A DNA stretch of 37,535 bases from a virus (Duplodnaviria > Caudoviricetes). The notes beneath the pieces were generated by a model. That model made no database searches. It worked only from the letters and a program-made list of their open reading frames with translations, and was not told where the DNA came from. Where the stretch lies: the IMG/VR virus record IMGVR_UViG_3300037485_000570, positions 1-37,535 of that record. One strand, 5' to 3'. This document shows, one piece after another, positions 25,072 through 33,181 of the stretch (position 1 is the stretch's first letter; every line of letters begins with the position of its first letter). The position numbers and the translations under genes are program-made.

Positions 25072-26474
25072 ACCTCCGCCATCGCCAGATCAAAGCGGTG
25101 GAAGACGTCACCGCGGCATACCGTGCAGGCTATAGGGCGCCTGTCATGATCGCGCCTACTGGATTCGGCAAGACCCACACCAGCGTCACGATCATTCGCC
25201 GCGCGCTCGACAAGGGCAAGCGGGTTTGGTTCCTGGCGCACCTCAAAGAGATTCTGAACGCGACGTCTGAAAAACTGTTTGCCGAGGGCATCCAGCATGG
25301 GTGGATCGCTGCCGGCCGGATCGTTGATCGGAGACAGGCTGTGCAGGTTTGCATGGTGCAGACCTTGGTTCGGCGGCTTGATCGGTATGCGCCACCCGAT
25401 CTGATGATCGTCGACGAGGCGCATTTGACCGTTGCCCAGACTTATCAGTCCATTTTCGAGTGGGCAAAAGCTGGTCCGAAATACGGTCGGCCTGGCGGCG
25501 CTCATCTGCTGCACCTGACTGCCACCCCCCAGCGGCTCGATGGGCGCGGCATGGGTGAGGTGGCCGACATTCTGATCCCGACCTGCACCACGGGCGAGCT
25601 GATCGAGGAAGGGTTGCTGTCGCCCATCCGGTATTTTGCCCCCAGCGCGCCGGATCTGCAGGCGGTTCGCAAGGTGGCCGGCGAGTTCAACCAGGGCGAT
25701 CTGGCGGACGTGATGGACAAACCAAAAATCACCGGCTCGGCAGTCGCGCACTATCGCAAGCTGGCGCAGGGGCGGCCTGCTATCGCGTTCTGCGTTTCCA
25801 TCCAGCACGCCGAGCATGTGGCCGCCGAGTTCCGTGCTGCCGGGTATCGCGCCGTTGCCATCTCGGGTGAGTCCGATGCCGTCGAGCGTGATGCAGCGCT
25901 GCGCGATGTGCAGGCTGGCCGGGTGGACGTGGTGTGCAACTGCGCGCTGTGGGTGGCCGGCGTCGATGCGCCAGCGGTGTCGTGCATCATCCTGTTGTCG
26001 CCCACCCATTCGGTGACGAAGTATCTCCAGTCGGTGGGCCGTGGTCTGCGGACGCACCCCGGAAAACATGACTGCGTGATCCTCGATCATGCCGGCAATG
26101 CGCTCCGGCACGGCTTACCAACCGATCCGCGCGAGTGGTCGCTGGAGGGTTCGGGCGCCAAGAAGACGGGGCAAAAATCCGAGGTGCCGGTGAAGGTGTG
26201 CCCGTCGTGTTTCGCCACAGTCCATTCGGCCACGACCCACTGTTCCTGTGGCCACCAGTTCGTCACCCAAGCCCGCGAGGTTGACCACGTCGATGGCGAT
26301 CTTCAGGAAGTCGATCCGAGCCTGGTGCGGAGGCAGCAGCTGCACAAGCAGAGTAAGGCCAAAACCGAAGCCGACTTGGTGGCGATTGGACGCTCTCGCG
26401 GGATGAAGCGGCCTGAACTGTGGGCCCGGCACGTGATGCGCGCGCGCATGGCGAAGTATGGGGCGCGGGCATGA
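25068..26474 (+). CDS. SF2 DEAD/DEAH-box helicase with C-terminal zinc ribbon
   Basis: APTGFGKT, IVDEAH, LTATP, QSVGRGLR, ILDHAGN, CPSC...CSCG. Confidence 0.93.
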   Translation: MNLRHRQIKAVEDVTAAYRAGYRAPVMIAPTGFGKTHTSVTIIRRALDKGKRVWFLAHLKEILNATSEKLFAEGIQHGWIAAGRIVDRRQAVQVCMVQTLVRRLDRYAPPDLMIVDEAHLTVAQTYQSIFEWAKAGPKYGRPGGAHLLHLTATPQRLDGRGMGEVADILIPTCTTGELIEEGLLSPIRYFAPSAPDLQAVRKVAGEFNQGDLADVMDKPKITGSAVAHYRKLAQGRPAIAFCVSIQHAEHVAAEFRAAGYRAVAISGESDAVERDAALRDVQAGRVDVVCNCALWVAGVDAPAVSCIILLSPTHSVTKYLQSVGRGLRTHPGKHDCVILDHAGNALRHGLPTDPREWSLEGSGAKKTGQKSEVPVKVCPSCFATVHSATTHCSCGHQFVTQAREVDHVDGDLQEVDPSLVRRQQLHKQSKAKTEADLVAIGRSRGMKRPELWARHVMRARMAKYGARA

Positions 26475-26716
26475 CCTGCCTCGGCTGCCAGCGGTGCGAG
26501 ACCGGGCCGATGGTCACTCTGATCTCTGGTCAGCAGGTCTGTAACTACTGCCCCGACTGGCGGGTTGAGTGCGAGGCGCGTCACGTCGCGTCGATGGAAA
26601 CACTGCGCGAGCGGCGTGAATATTTACAGCACGTACATCAGAAGCGCGGCTCCGAGGCGTATCTCGAAATTGCTGGGCTGGTGAAGCAAATATGGGATCG
26701 GCGGTCGGATGCGTGA
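26471..26716 (+). CDS. Small Cys-rich hypothetical protein
   Basis: ATGA overlap with the helicase; MTCLGCQRC...WRVECEAR. Confidence 0.7.
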   Translation: MTCLGCQRCETGPMVTLISGQQVCNYCPDWRVECEARHVASMETLRERREYLQHVHQKRGSEAYLEIAGLVKQIWDRRSDA

Positions 26717-27029
26717 GTCTGACTTGATGCGCTCGATCATGCTTGCCTTGTCTGGCGCTGGTCACTTCGTCTTTCGCTGCAATGTTGGGCTTTTCTACAC
26801 CAAGGATGGACGTCCGGTGAGGGCTGGGCTGCCTACCGGGTTCAGTGACTTGGCCGGACATCGTGCAGGCGATGCGCGTGCTTTTTACATCGAGGTCAAG
26901 TCGCAGAATGGGCACGTAAGCACCGAGCAGCGCGATTTTATCAACGCTATGCAAAAAAGAGGCGCTTTGTCCGGTGTGGCGCGGTCAGTGTCCGATGCCC
27001 TGGACATCGTATCTGGCCGGTCGATCTGA
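26709..27029 (+). CDS. VRR-NUC domain nuclease (putative resolvase)
   Basis: FRCNVG, GFSDL, FYIEVK...STEQRDF, ARSVSDA. Confidence 0.9.
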   Translation: MRESDLMRSIMLALSGAGHFVFRCNVGLFYTKDGRPVRAGLPTGFSDLAGHRAGDARAFYIEVKSQNGHVSTEQRDFINAMQKRGALSGVARSVSDALDIVSGRSI

Positions 27030-27045
27030 TGCGTTTTTCGCACCA
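27027..27045. promoter_or_regulatory. 19-bp operator-like site at a putative promoter
   Basis: TGATGCGTTTTTCGCACCA; ATGCGT-17 bp-TACATT, plus TATACT at 27064-27069. Confidence 0.6.
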
Positions 27046-27075
27046 TTTTCCTACATTCTGAGTTATACTCGAATC

Positions 27076-27128
27076 ACACGGGATAGGGTCGCTCCCGAAA
27101 AGACGCTTCATCACCGTCCTGCCCGTGT
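27076..27128 (+). ncRNA. C4/CI-like structured antisense RNA candidate
   Basis: ACACGGG/CCCGTGT closing stem enclosing GGG-TCGCT-CCC and GACG-CTTCATCAC-CGTC hairpins joined by GAAAA; loop is complementary to GTGATG just downstream. Confidence 0.55.
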
Positions 27129-27146
27129 ACCACTAGTGATGCTTCT

Positions 27147-28241
27147 TTGATGGGGAAGATTTTGGATATTATTACTTTTGGTGATTGCCGTGACACTATG
27201 CGTCGCTGGGCGGCTGATGGTGTACGTGCTCAGACTTGTGTTACAAGCCCACCTTATTTCGGACTACGCGACTACGGTCATCCCGGTCAGATTGGCCTGG
27301 AAAAAACCCCAGAGGAATACATTGCGGCGATGGTCGAGGTGTTTCGATGCGTTAAGGATGTGCTGGCCGATGACGGAACGCTGTGGCTGAACATCGGGGA
27401 TAGCTATGTGGGTGCGATGAGCCAGCACAAGGACAGCGGCAGCTTTGGCGAGACATCGTGCATCAGCAAAAAAACCAAAAGCGGCATACCGCAGACAGGT
27501 CGAGTTGAGCGCAACCGTTTACTGAGAGAGAACGGCCTAAAGCCCAAGGACCTGATCGGCATCCCTTGGATGCTGGCCTTCGCCCTTCGTGCTGATGGTT
27601 GGTATCTGCGCCAGGACATCATCTGGCACAAGCCGAACCCGATGCCCGAGAGCGTGCGCGACCGCTGTACGAAGGCGCACGAATACATATTTCTGTTGTC
27701 AAAGTCGGAACGGTATTTTTTTGACAGCGAGGCGATCAAAGAACCTGCTGTCACGAAAGAGAATAGACCCGCCGGTATCGTTCGGGATCGTGTTTTCCAA
27801 TACGATTCTAAGCAGGCCGAGCCAAGAAAACAGCGCAGTAAGCGCGACACATTCAAGCGCGACAACAGCAAACGTGAGCAACCTATTCCAGGTCAAGATT
27901 ACGGAACACACCGGCCAGATAGAGAGGAATCATCCTACGACACAGACACCCGAAATCGCCGTAGCGTATGGACAGTCGCCACCCGGCCATACAAAGGCGC
28001 GCACTTCGCTACTTTCCCACCCGCGCTGATCGAGCCATGCATCTTGGCTGGCAGTCGTCCTGGCGACATTGTGCTTGACCCATTCATGGGCAGCGGCACG
28101 ACTGCAGCAGTGTCCGTGCAGCATGGTAGGCATTATCTTGGCTGTGAGTTGAATCCGGAATACGGCGACTTGCAGCGCGAGCGCATTGATGCGGTTTCCG
28201 CATCGCGCCATCAGCTTGGTCTGAATCTGGAGGCTGTATGA
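27147..28241 (+). CDS. DNA methyltransferase, N4-C/N6-A beta class (orphan)
   Basis: VTSPPY, DIIWHKPNPMPES, HFATFP, VLDPFMGSGTT. True start may be ATG 27150 or TTG 27162. Confidence 0.93.
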   Translation: MMGKILDIITFGDCRDTMRRWAADGVRAQTCVTSPPYFGLRDYGHPGQIGLEKTPEEYIAAMVEVFRCVKDVLADDGTLWLNIGDSYVGAMSQHKDSGSFGETSCISKKTKSGIPQTGRVERNRLLRENGLKPKDLIGIPWMLAFALRADGWYLRQDIIWHKPNPMPESVRDRCTKAHEYIFLLSKSERYFFDSEAIKEPAVTKENRPAGIVRDRVFQYDSKQAEPRKQRSKRDTFKRDNSKREQPIPGQDYGTHRPDREESSYDTDTRNRRSVWTVATRPYKGAHFATFPPALIEPCILAGSRPGDIVLDPFMGSGTTAAVSVQHGRHYLGCELNPEYGDLQRERIDAVSASRHQLGLNLEAV

Positions 28242-30490
28242 GCCATGCGGACCAATTCAGGGCAGCTATTGCTGCAGCTGGGCTGACGCCACCGGATCAA
28301 ATCATCGGCGACGGCAAGCTGCACAGATTCAGCACAAACGGCAAACCGCGCGACGAGGCTGGCTACTACATATTTCACGATGACGACCGTCCGGCTGGAG
28401 CTTTTGGCTGCTGGCGTTCTCAGATCAGCGGGAGTTGGAAGGCCGATTCACATGCCGAGTTTACGCCAGAGCAGCGCAAGGAGTGGGCAGATCGCAAGCG
28501 TCAGATTGAGGAGCAGCGCGAGGCCGAGAGGCAGGCTGCTACTGCGCGTGCGGCTGAGACGGCGGCTAAGATGTGGGAGGCAGGTCATGACGCTGCGGAT
28601 CGCGCGCACGACTACCTGTCGCGCAAGAAAATACCGGGCATCGGCGCACGTGTGCTGCGTGATATGCTGCTGATACCCATGCGTCTTGCGCCCGGCGCGC
28701 TGTGTGGCTTGCAGGTCATCCAGCCGGACGGCAGTCGTAAATTTCTAACCGGCACGCCGGCTGGTGGCGCATATACCACCATCGGCAGGCCGACTAAAAC
28801 GGGGCCGATAGTGATCTGCGAGGGCTACGCCACGGGCGTGTCGATCCACTTGGCCACAGGTTATTGTGTGGTGGTGGCGTTCTCGGCGGGTAATTTGTCG
28901 GCTGTGGCGGCTAAGATCAGGGCGGCTTTGCCTGACGCTGTGATGGTCATTGCGGCGGACGATGATTTTAAGACGGACGGCAATCCTGGGCTATCGCGCT
29001 CGCGTGAGGCATCTGTGGCCGTGTCTGGTCTGGTGGCCATACCGCACTGGTCTGGTGACCGTGGCGATGGCACTGATTTTAATGACCTGCACAGCATGGA
29101 GGGCATCGAGGCCGTTCGTGCCTGCTTTGACGATCCAGCGCCGCCTGCGCCTGATACTATAGAGCCGGACAAGGCGCAGAGTGTCCAGGCCGGGCAGCCA
29201 AAAAACCGCGCCAGCAGCGCAGTCGCGTCGTCTCCTGCGTCGGGCGCTGCATCTCTCGTTGATTATTACGCACCGTTGCCGGACACCAACGATAAAGGGA
29301 AGCCACTCGCCACCATCGAAAACGTTGCCGAGATATGTCGGCGTTTGTCTATCGTGGTGCGCTACAACGTCATCAGTAAACAAGAAGAGATACTCATACC
29401 GCGCGCCGGGTTTTCTATCGACAATCGCCAGAATGCCAGCCTTTCCTGGCTGCTGTCAGAGTGCGCGAAGTTCCGACTGCCCGTCGACCGCGTGCCGGAC
29501 TTTGTGACGTACCTGGCTGACAAAAATCAATATAACCCGGTAGCTCAGTGGATCACCAGCAAACCGTGGGACGGGCGCGACAGGCTGGCTGATCTGGTGG
29601 CCACGGTGCGTGCTCGGTCTGAGTCCTTTGATGCGCGCGTGGCCGAGATGAAGCGGGTGTTCATTAAGCGCTGGATGATCTCGGCTGTGGCTGCTGCCTT
29701 CTGTCCGACCGGCGTGTCGGCGCATGGCGTTCTGGTGTTTCAGGGTGCTCAGTATGTCGGAAAGACGAAGTGGTTTAAGTCGCTAGTTCCAGCCGAGCTT
29801 GGTGTGCTCAAGGACGGGATGCTGCTGCGACCGGACGACCGTGACAGCGTCATGAAGTGCGTGTCGAATTGGCTGGTGGAGCTGGGCGAGATCGATGCGA
29901 CATTCCGCAAATCAGACGTGGCGGCGCTGAAATCCTTTCTCACAAGCGACCGGGACGTGCTTCGGAAAGCATACGCTCGGCGCGAGTCAGAGTTTGCCAG
30001 GCGTACTGTATTTTTTGCCAGTGTGAACCCCAAGAACTATTTACACGACGACACTGGAAACCGGCGCTACTGGACGATTGAGGTGGAGTCGTTGGACTAT
30101 AACCACTCCATTGATATGCAGCAGTGCTGGGCGCAAATCTACGAGCAGCTGTACGTGCCGGGCGAGAGCTGGTTCCTGACGGCGCGGGAGTTGGAAACCC
30201 TCAACAGCCACAACGAGGATTTCCTTGTGATCGACCCCATCGAGGATTTGATCACAAAAAAACTGCGATGGGACGACCCGAAGAGCGCCTGGAATTGGAC
30301 GACAGCCACCGAGGTTTTAGTGACACTTGGTAGGCAGAACTGCACTAAGGCGGAGGTGACCAAGGCCGGGTTGGTGTTGCGAAAATTGAACGGGGATTCT
30401 TGGAAGCGTACCGGAGCGGCTCGTTTACTGCTTGTTCCTGACACCTTTAAGGACACCTTTGGGCGATGTGTCAGTGATTCAGGATATTGA
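28238..30490 (+). CDS. Primase-helicase (TOPRIM plus VirE/VapE-type SF3 ATPase)
   Basis: ICEGYATG, IAADDD, DFNDL (TOPRIM); QGAQYVGKT, LVELGE, LRKAY, DDTGNRRYW (VirE-like). Confidence 0.9.
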   Translation: MSHADQFRAAIAAAGLTPPDQIIGDGKLHRFSTNGKPRDEAGYYIFHDDDRPAGAFGCWRSQISGSWKADSHAEFTPEQRKEWADRKRQIEEQREAERQAATARAAETAAKMWEAGHDAADRAHDYLSRKKIPGIGARVLRDMLLIPMRLAPGALCGLQVIQPDGSRKFLTGTPAGGAYTTIGRPTKTGPIVICEGYATGVSIHLATGYCVVVAFSAGNLSAVAAKIRAALPDAVMVIAADDDFKTDGNPGLSRSREASVAVSGLVAIPHWSGDRGDGTDFNDLHSMEGIEAVRACFDDPAPPAPDTIEPDKAQSVQAGQPKNRASSAVASSPASGAASLVDYYAPLPDTNDKGKPLATIENVAEICRRLSIVVRYNVISKQEEILIPRAGFSIDNRQNASLSWLLSECAKFRLPVDRVPDFVTYLADKNQYNPVAQWITSKPWDGRDRLADLVATVRARSESFDARVAEMKRVFIKRWMISAVAAAFCPTGVSAHGVLVFQGAQYVGKTKWFKSLVPAELGVLKDGMLLRPDDRDSVMKCVSNWLVELGEIDATFRKSDVAALKSFLTSDRDVLRKAYARRESEFARRTVFFASVNPKNYLHDDTGNRRYWTIEVESLDYNHSIDMQQCWAQIYEQLYVPGESWFLTARELETLNSHNEDFLVIDPIEDLITKKLRWDDPKSAWNWTTATEVLVTLGRQNCTKAEVTKAGLVLRKLNGDSWKRTGAARLLLVPDTFKDTFGRCVSDSGY

Positions 30491-30640
30491 TTTTATTGGG
30501 AAAAAGACACTATGACACCTAATGACACTATATATATATGTATTATATAAATATAAGGGGGAAGGGTAGGCGTAAGGGGCGCGCACACGAAACGGGCGCG
30601 TAATAGGAAAAGCTGGTCATGGCGTCATTGGTTGTCATTG
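30438..30640. other. Putative replication origin
   Basis: GACAC iterons left of an AT-only tract (about 30529-30556) and three inverted GTCAT copies to the right; directly after the primase-helicase. Confidence 0.55.
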
Positions 30641-30656
30641 GCGATTCTGGCTGTGA

Positions 30657-30675
30657 TATTGCGATTTTCACATCA
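30657..30675. promoter_or_regulatory. 19-bp operator-like site at the putative late (terminase) promoter
   Basis: TATTGCGATTTTCACATCA; TTGCGA-18 bp-TAACAT. Confidence 0.6.
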
Positions 30676-30694
30676 CTTGGGGTAACATCTGACT

Positions 30695-30787
30695 ATGGAA
30701 ACACTGGAGTACCTTCTGTACATGATCGCCGTGCCGGTTTGCTACGTGCTGCTGGTGGAGATCATCGACCGCATGGGGATGCGCTGA
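30695..30787 (+). CDS. 30-aa single-TM peptide
   Basis: METLEYLLYMIAVPVCYVLLVEIIDRMGMR; TGATG-coupled to terS. Confidence 0.5.
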   Translation: METLEYLLYMIAVPVCYVLLVEIIDRMGMR

Positions 30788-31257
30788 TGGCTGGCAAGCG
30801 CAGAACCGTCGAGGAGCGCGCGGATATTGCCGACAAGGTGATTGAGCGCATCGCGTCTGAAACGGACGGCCTGAGAGCGATCTGTGCCGACTATGGCGTG
30901 TCGGCTAGTCGGTTTATGGATTGGGTCGATAAGTCCCCGGAACTCGCGGAACGGTACGCGCGCGCGAAACGACTGCAGGCCGAGTTGCTGGCCGCTGAGA
31001 TTGTCGCCATTGCTGATGAGGTTGAAGTTGAGGCGAAATACCAAGGCGAGGACATAAAGCTCGATCTCAGTGCAAACACCATTGCCCGTAACAGGCTGCG
31101 CGTGGATGCCCGCAAGTGGGTGGCCTCCAAGCTGCTGCCAAAGGTCTACGGCGACAAACTCGCCATTGGCGGCGCGGAGGATCTGCCGCCGGTGCAGACC
31201 AACGTCGTGCTGGAACCGTCCGAGGCTTACAAGCGGATGCTCGGGGGTGGTGCGTGA
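30787..31257 (+). CDS. terS: Terminase small subunit (Sf6 gp1-like)
   Basis: LRAIC...FMDW...YARAK...EIVAIAD...RLRVDARKWVASKLLPKVYGDK. Confidence 0.88.
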   Translation: MAGKRRTVEERADIADKVIERIASETDGLRAICADYGVSASRFMDWVDKSPELAERYARAKRLQAELLAAEIVAIADEVEVEAKYQGEDIKLDLSANTIARNRLRVDARKWVASKLLPKVYGDKLAIGGAEDLPPVQTNVVLEPSEAYKRMLGGGA

Positions 31258-31472
31258 GCCAGTCTCGCCTGATGTCCGTGGTTGAGTCCGTGACTAATGT
31301 GGCCGTTGGCTATGGCGTTGCTGTCGGCACTCAGATGGCTGTTTTCCCGTTTTTTGGCATCGAGGCCAGCCTGTCGGATAACCTCGCCATCGGCGCGATC
31401 TTCACGGTTGTGTCGCTGGTGCGTTCCTACGCGCTGCGTCGTCTGTTCAATCGGTGGACTCGTCGTGCCTGA
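31254..31472 (+). CDS. Small conserved two-TM phage protein
   Basis: GTGA overlap with terS; QSRLMSVVESVTNVAVGY...VSLVRSYALRRLFN. Confidence 0.75.
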   Translation: MSQSRLMSVVESVTNVAVGYGVAVGTQMAVFPFFGIEASLSDNLAIGAIFTVVSLVRSYALRRLFNRWTRRA

Positions 31473-32961
31473 TCTTGACTGGCGTGCGCCTGACTATGCG
31501 CCCGTTTTCAAGCAGCGCATCGAGCGTTTGAGGCGCTTACGCGCTGACCCGTCCGTGCTGGCGGGCGTAAAAAAGCACTATGCAGACCATCCGGTCGACT
31601 TCATCAACGATTGGGGTATGACCTTTGATCCGCGCAACATCGAGCGCGACATCGAGGGCGTGACGCCATTCCTGCTGTTTCCGCGCCAGGCTGAGTTCGT
31701 TGATTGGGTGGTGTCTCGCTGGCTTGGCCGTGAGGATGGCCTTGTCGAGAAGTCGCGCGACATGGGCGTGTCTTGGCTTTGCGTGGCGATTGCTGTCTGG
31801 ATGTGGCTGTTCAAGCCTGGCACCGTGATCGGGTTCGGCTCGCGCAAGGAGGAGTACGTCGACAAGCTGGGCGACCCGAAGTCGTTATTCTGGAAGGCGC
31901 GGCAGTTCATTGCTTTGCTTCCTGCCGAGTTCCAGCCTGTTGGCTACATCGAGCGCACTCATGCGCCGGCCATGCGGATCATCAATCCCGAGAATGGCTC
32001 GGCGATTGTTGGTGAGTCTGGCGACAACATCGGGCGTGGCAACCGGACATCGATCTACTTTAAGGACGAGAGCGCGTTCTACGAGCGTCCCGAGGCGATT
32101 GACGCTGCCTTGTCCCAGACATCAAACTGCAAGATTGACGTTTCTACGCCTAATGGCGCTGGCAATCCGTTTTATCGTAAGCGTATGTCCGGTCGCATTC
32201 CGGTGTTCGTATTCGACTGGAAGGATGACCCGCGCAAGGATCAGGCTTGGTACGACAAGCAGTGCTCTACGCTCGATCCGGTGATTGTGGCGCAGGAAAT
32301 CGACCGCGACTACACCGCGTCCGTGTCGAATGCCTTCATCTCTGGCGACATCGTGACGTCCTGCCTGTCCCGTGGCCCGGCGGACATTCGCGCGGTTGGA
32401 CCGCTCCAGGTGGGCGTGGACGTGGCCAGGTTTGGTGACGACAAGACCGTGATCACGTTCAGGCAGGGGCGCGTCGTGTATCCCCAGATCGTGTTCGGCA
32501 AGGTGGACGTTGTCGACGTTGCTGGTCGCGTGAAAGACGCAATCGAGGGATGGGGCGTCAAGCCTGGCCAGATTGCCGTCGATACGATTGGCATCGGCGC
32601 GGGTGTGGCTGACATGCTGCGGCGCTGGTATCCGATGATTGTGACGGACGTCAATTCGTCGGTGCGTCTGTCCGATGGGCAGAACTACAATCTTCGCGCC
32701 CGAATGTGGCGTGATATGCGAGAGTTCCTGAAAAACGGCGCGTCGCTACCCAATGATCCCGACTTATCGACCGAGCTGACCGCGCTGCAATACGAGTATC
32801 GTGGCGGCGAGTTGCTGATGGAATCGAAGGACGATGCCAAGAAGCGGGGCGTCCGTTCACCTGACCGCGCAGACTCTCTGGCATTGACATTTGCCGTGCC
32901 TGTGCGAGAATTAGGCGTTATTCAGACGCATGCCGTTGTTGATTACCCCATTTTTTCTTAG
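31465..32961 (+). CDS. terL: Terminase large subunit
   Basis: EKSRDMGVSW (Walker A), FKDESA (Walker B), STPNG, GVDVARFGDD and SPDRADSLALTF nuclease motifs; GTG start at 31465. Confidence 0.93.
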   Translation: MPDLDWRAPDYAPVFKQRIERLRRLRADPSVLAGVKKHYADHPVDFINDWGMTFDPRNIERDIEGVTPFLLFPRQAEFVDWVVSRWLGREDGLVEKSRDMGVSWLCVAIAVWMWLFKPGTVIGFGSRKEEYVDKLGDPKSLFWKARQFIALLPAEFQPVGYIERTHAPAMRIINPENGSAIVGESGDNIGRGNRTSIYFKDESAFYERPEAIDAALSQTSNCKIDVSTPNGAGNPFYRKRMSGRIPVFVFDWKDDPRKDQAWYDKQCSTLDPVIVAQEIDRDYTASVSNAFISGDIVTSCLSRGPADIRAVGPLQVGVDVARFGDDKTVITFRQGRVVYPQIVFGKVDVVDVAGRVKDAIEGWGVKPGQIAVDTIGIGAGVADMLRRWYPMIVTDVNSSVRLSDGQNYNLRARMWRDMREFLKNGASLPNDPDLSTELTALQYEYRGGELLMESKDDAKKRGVRSPDRADSLALTFAVPVRELGVIQTHAVVDYPIFS

Positions 32962-32969
32962 GAGTTGCT

Positions 32970-33179
32970 ATGGGAGGAATATTTAGCCGTCCATCAGTAC
33001 CGCCACCGCCACAGCCTGTTGAAATGCCGAAGGTTCCGGTTGTCGATAATACCATCGTCGAGCGCAATGCTGCCGACATGCTACGGCGCAGGCGAGGTCG
33101 TGCTGCGACCGTTCTGGCTGGTGAAACTGGCACTGGACAAATGTCCAGCAATGGCACCACGCCTGTTCTTGGCGGCTGA
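32970..33179 (+). CDS. Small virion-associated protein upstream of portal
   Basis: AGGAG RBS; Pro-rich, then RRRRGRAATVL, ending LGG; conserved position in BPP-1/T7-like phages. Confidence 0.75.
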   Translation: MGGIFSRPSVPPPPQPVEMPKVPVVDNTIVERNAADMLRRRRGRAATVLAGETGTGQMSSNGTTPVLGG

Positions 33180-33181
33180 TC

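Noticed and set aside
24951-26111. 386-aa minus-strand ORF
   Set aside because: Antisense shadow of the GC-rich helicase gene.
27076-27128. tRNA
   Set aside because: Too short and lacks a TTC arm, D arm and CCA; treated as a C4-like RNA instead.
30619-31465. Long N-terminal extensions of terS (from 30619) and terL (from 31297) in the ORF track
   Set aside because: The extensions overlap the origin/promoter and other coupled small genes; recognisable motifs start at 30787 and 31465.
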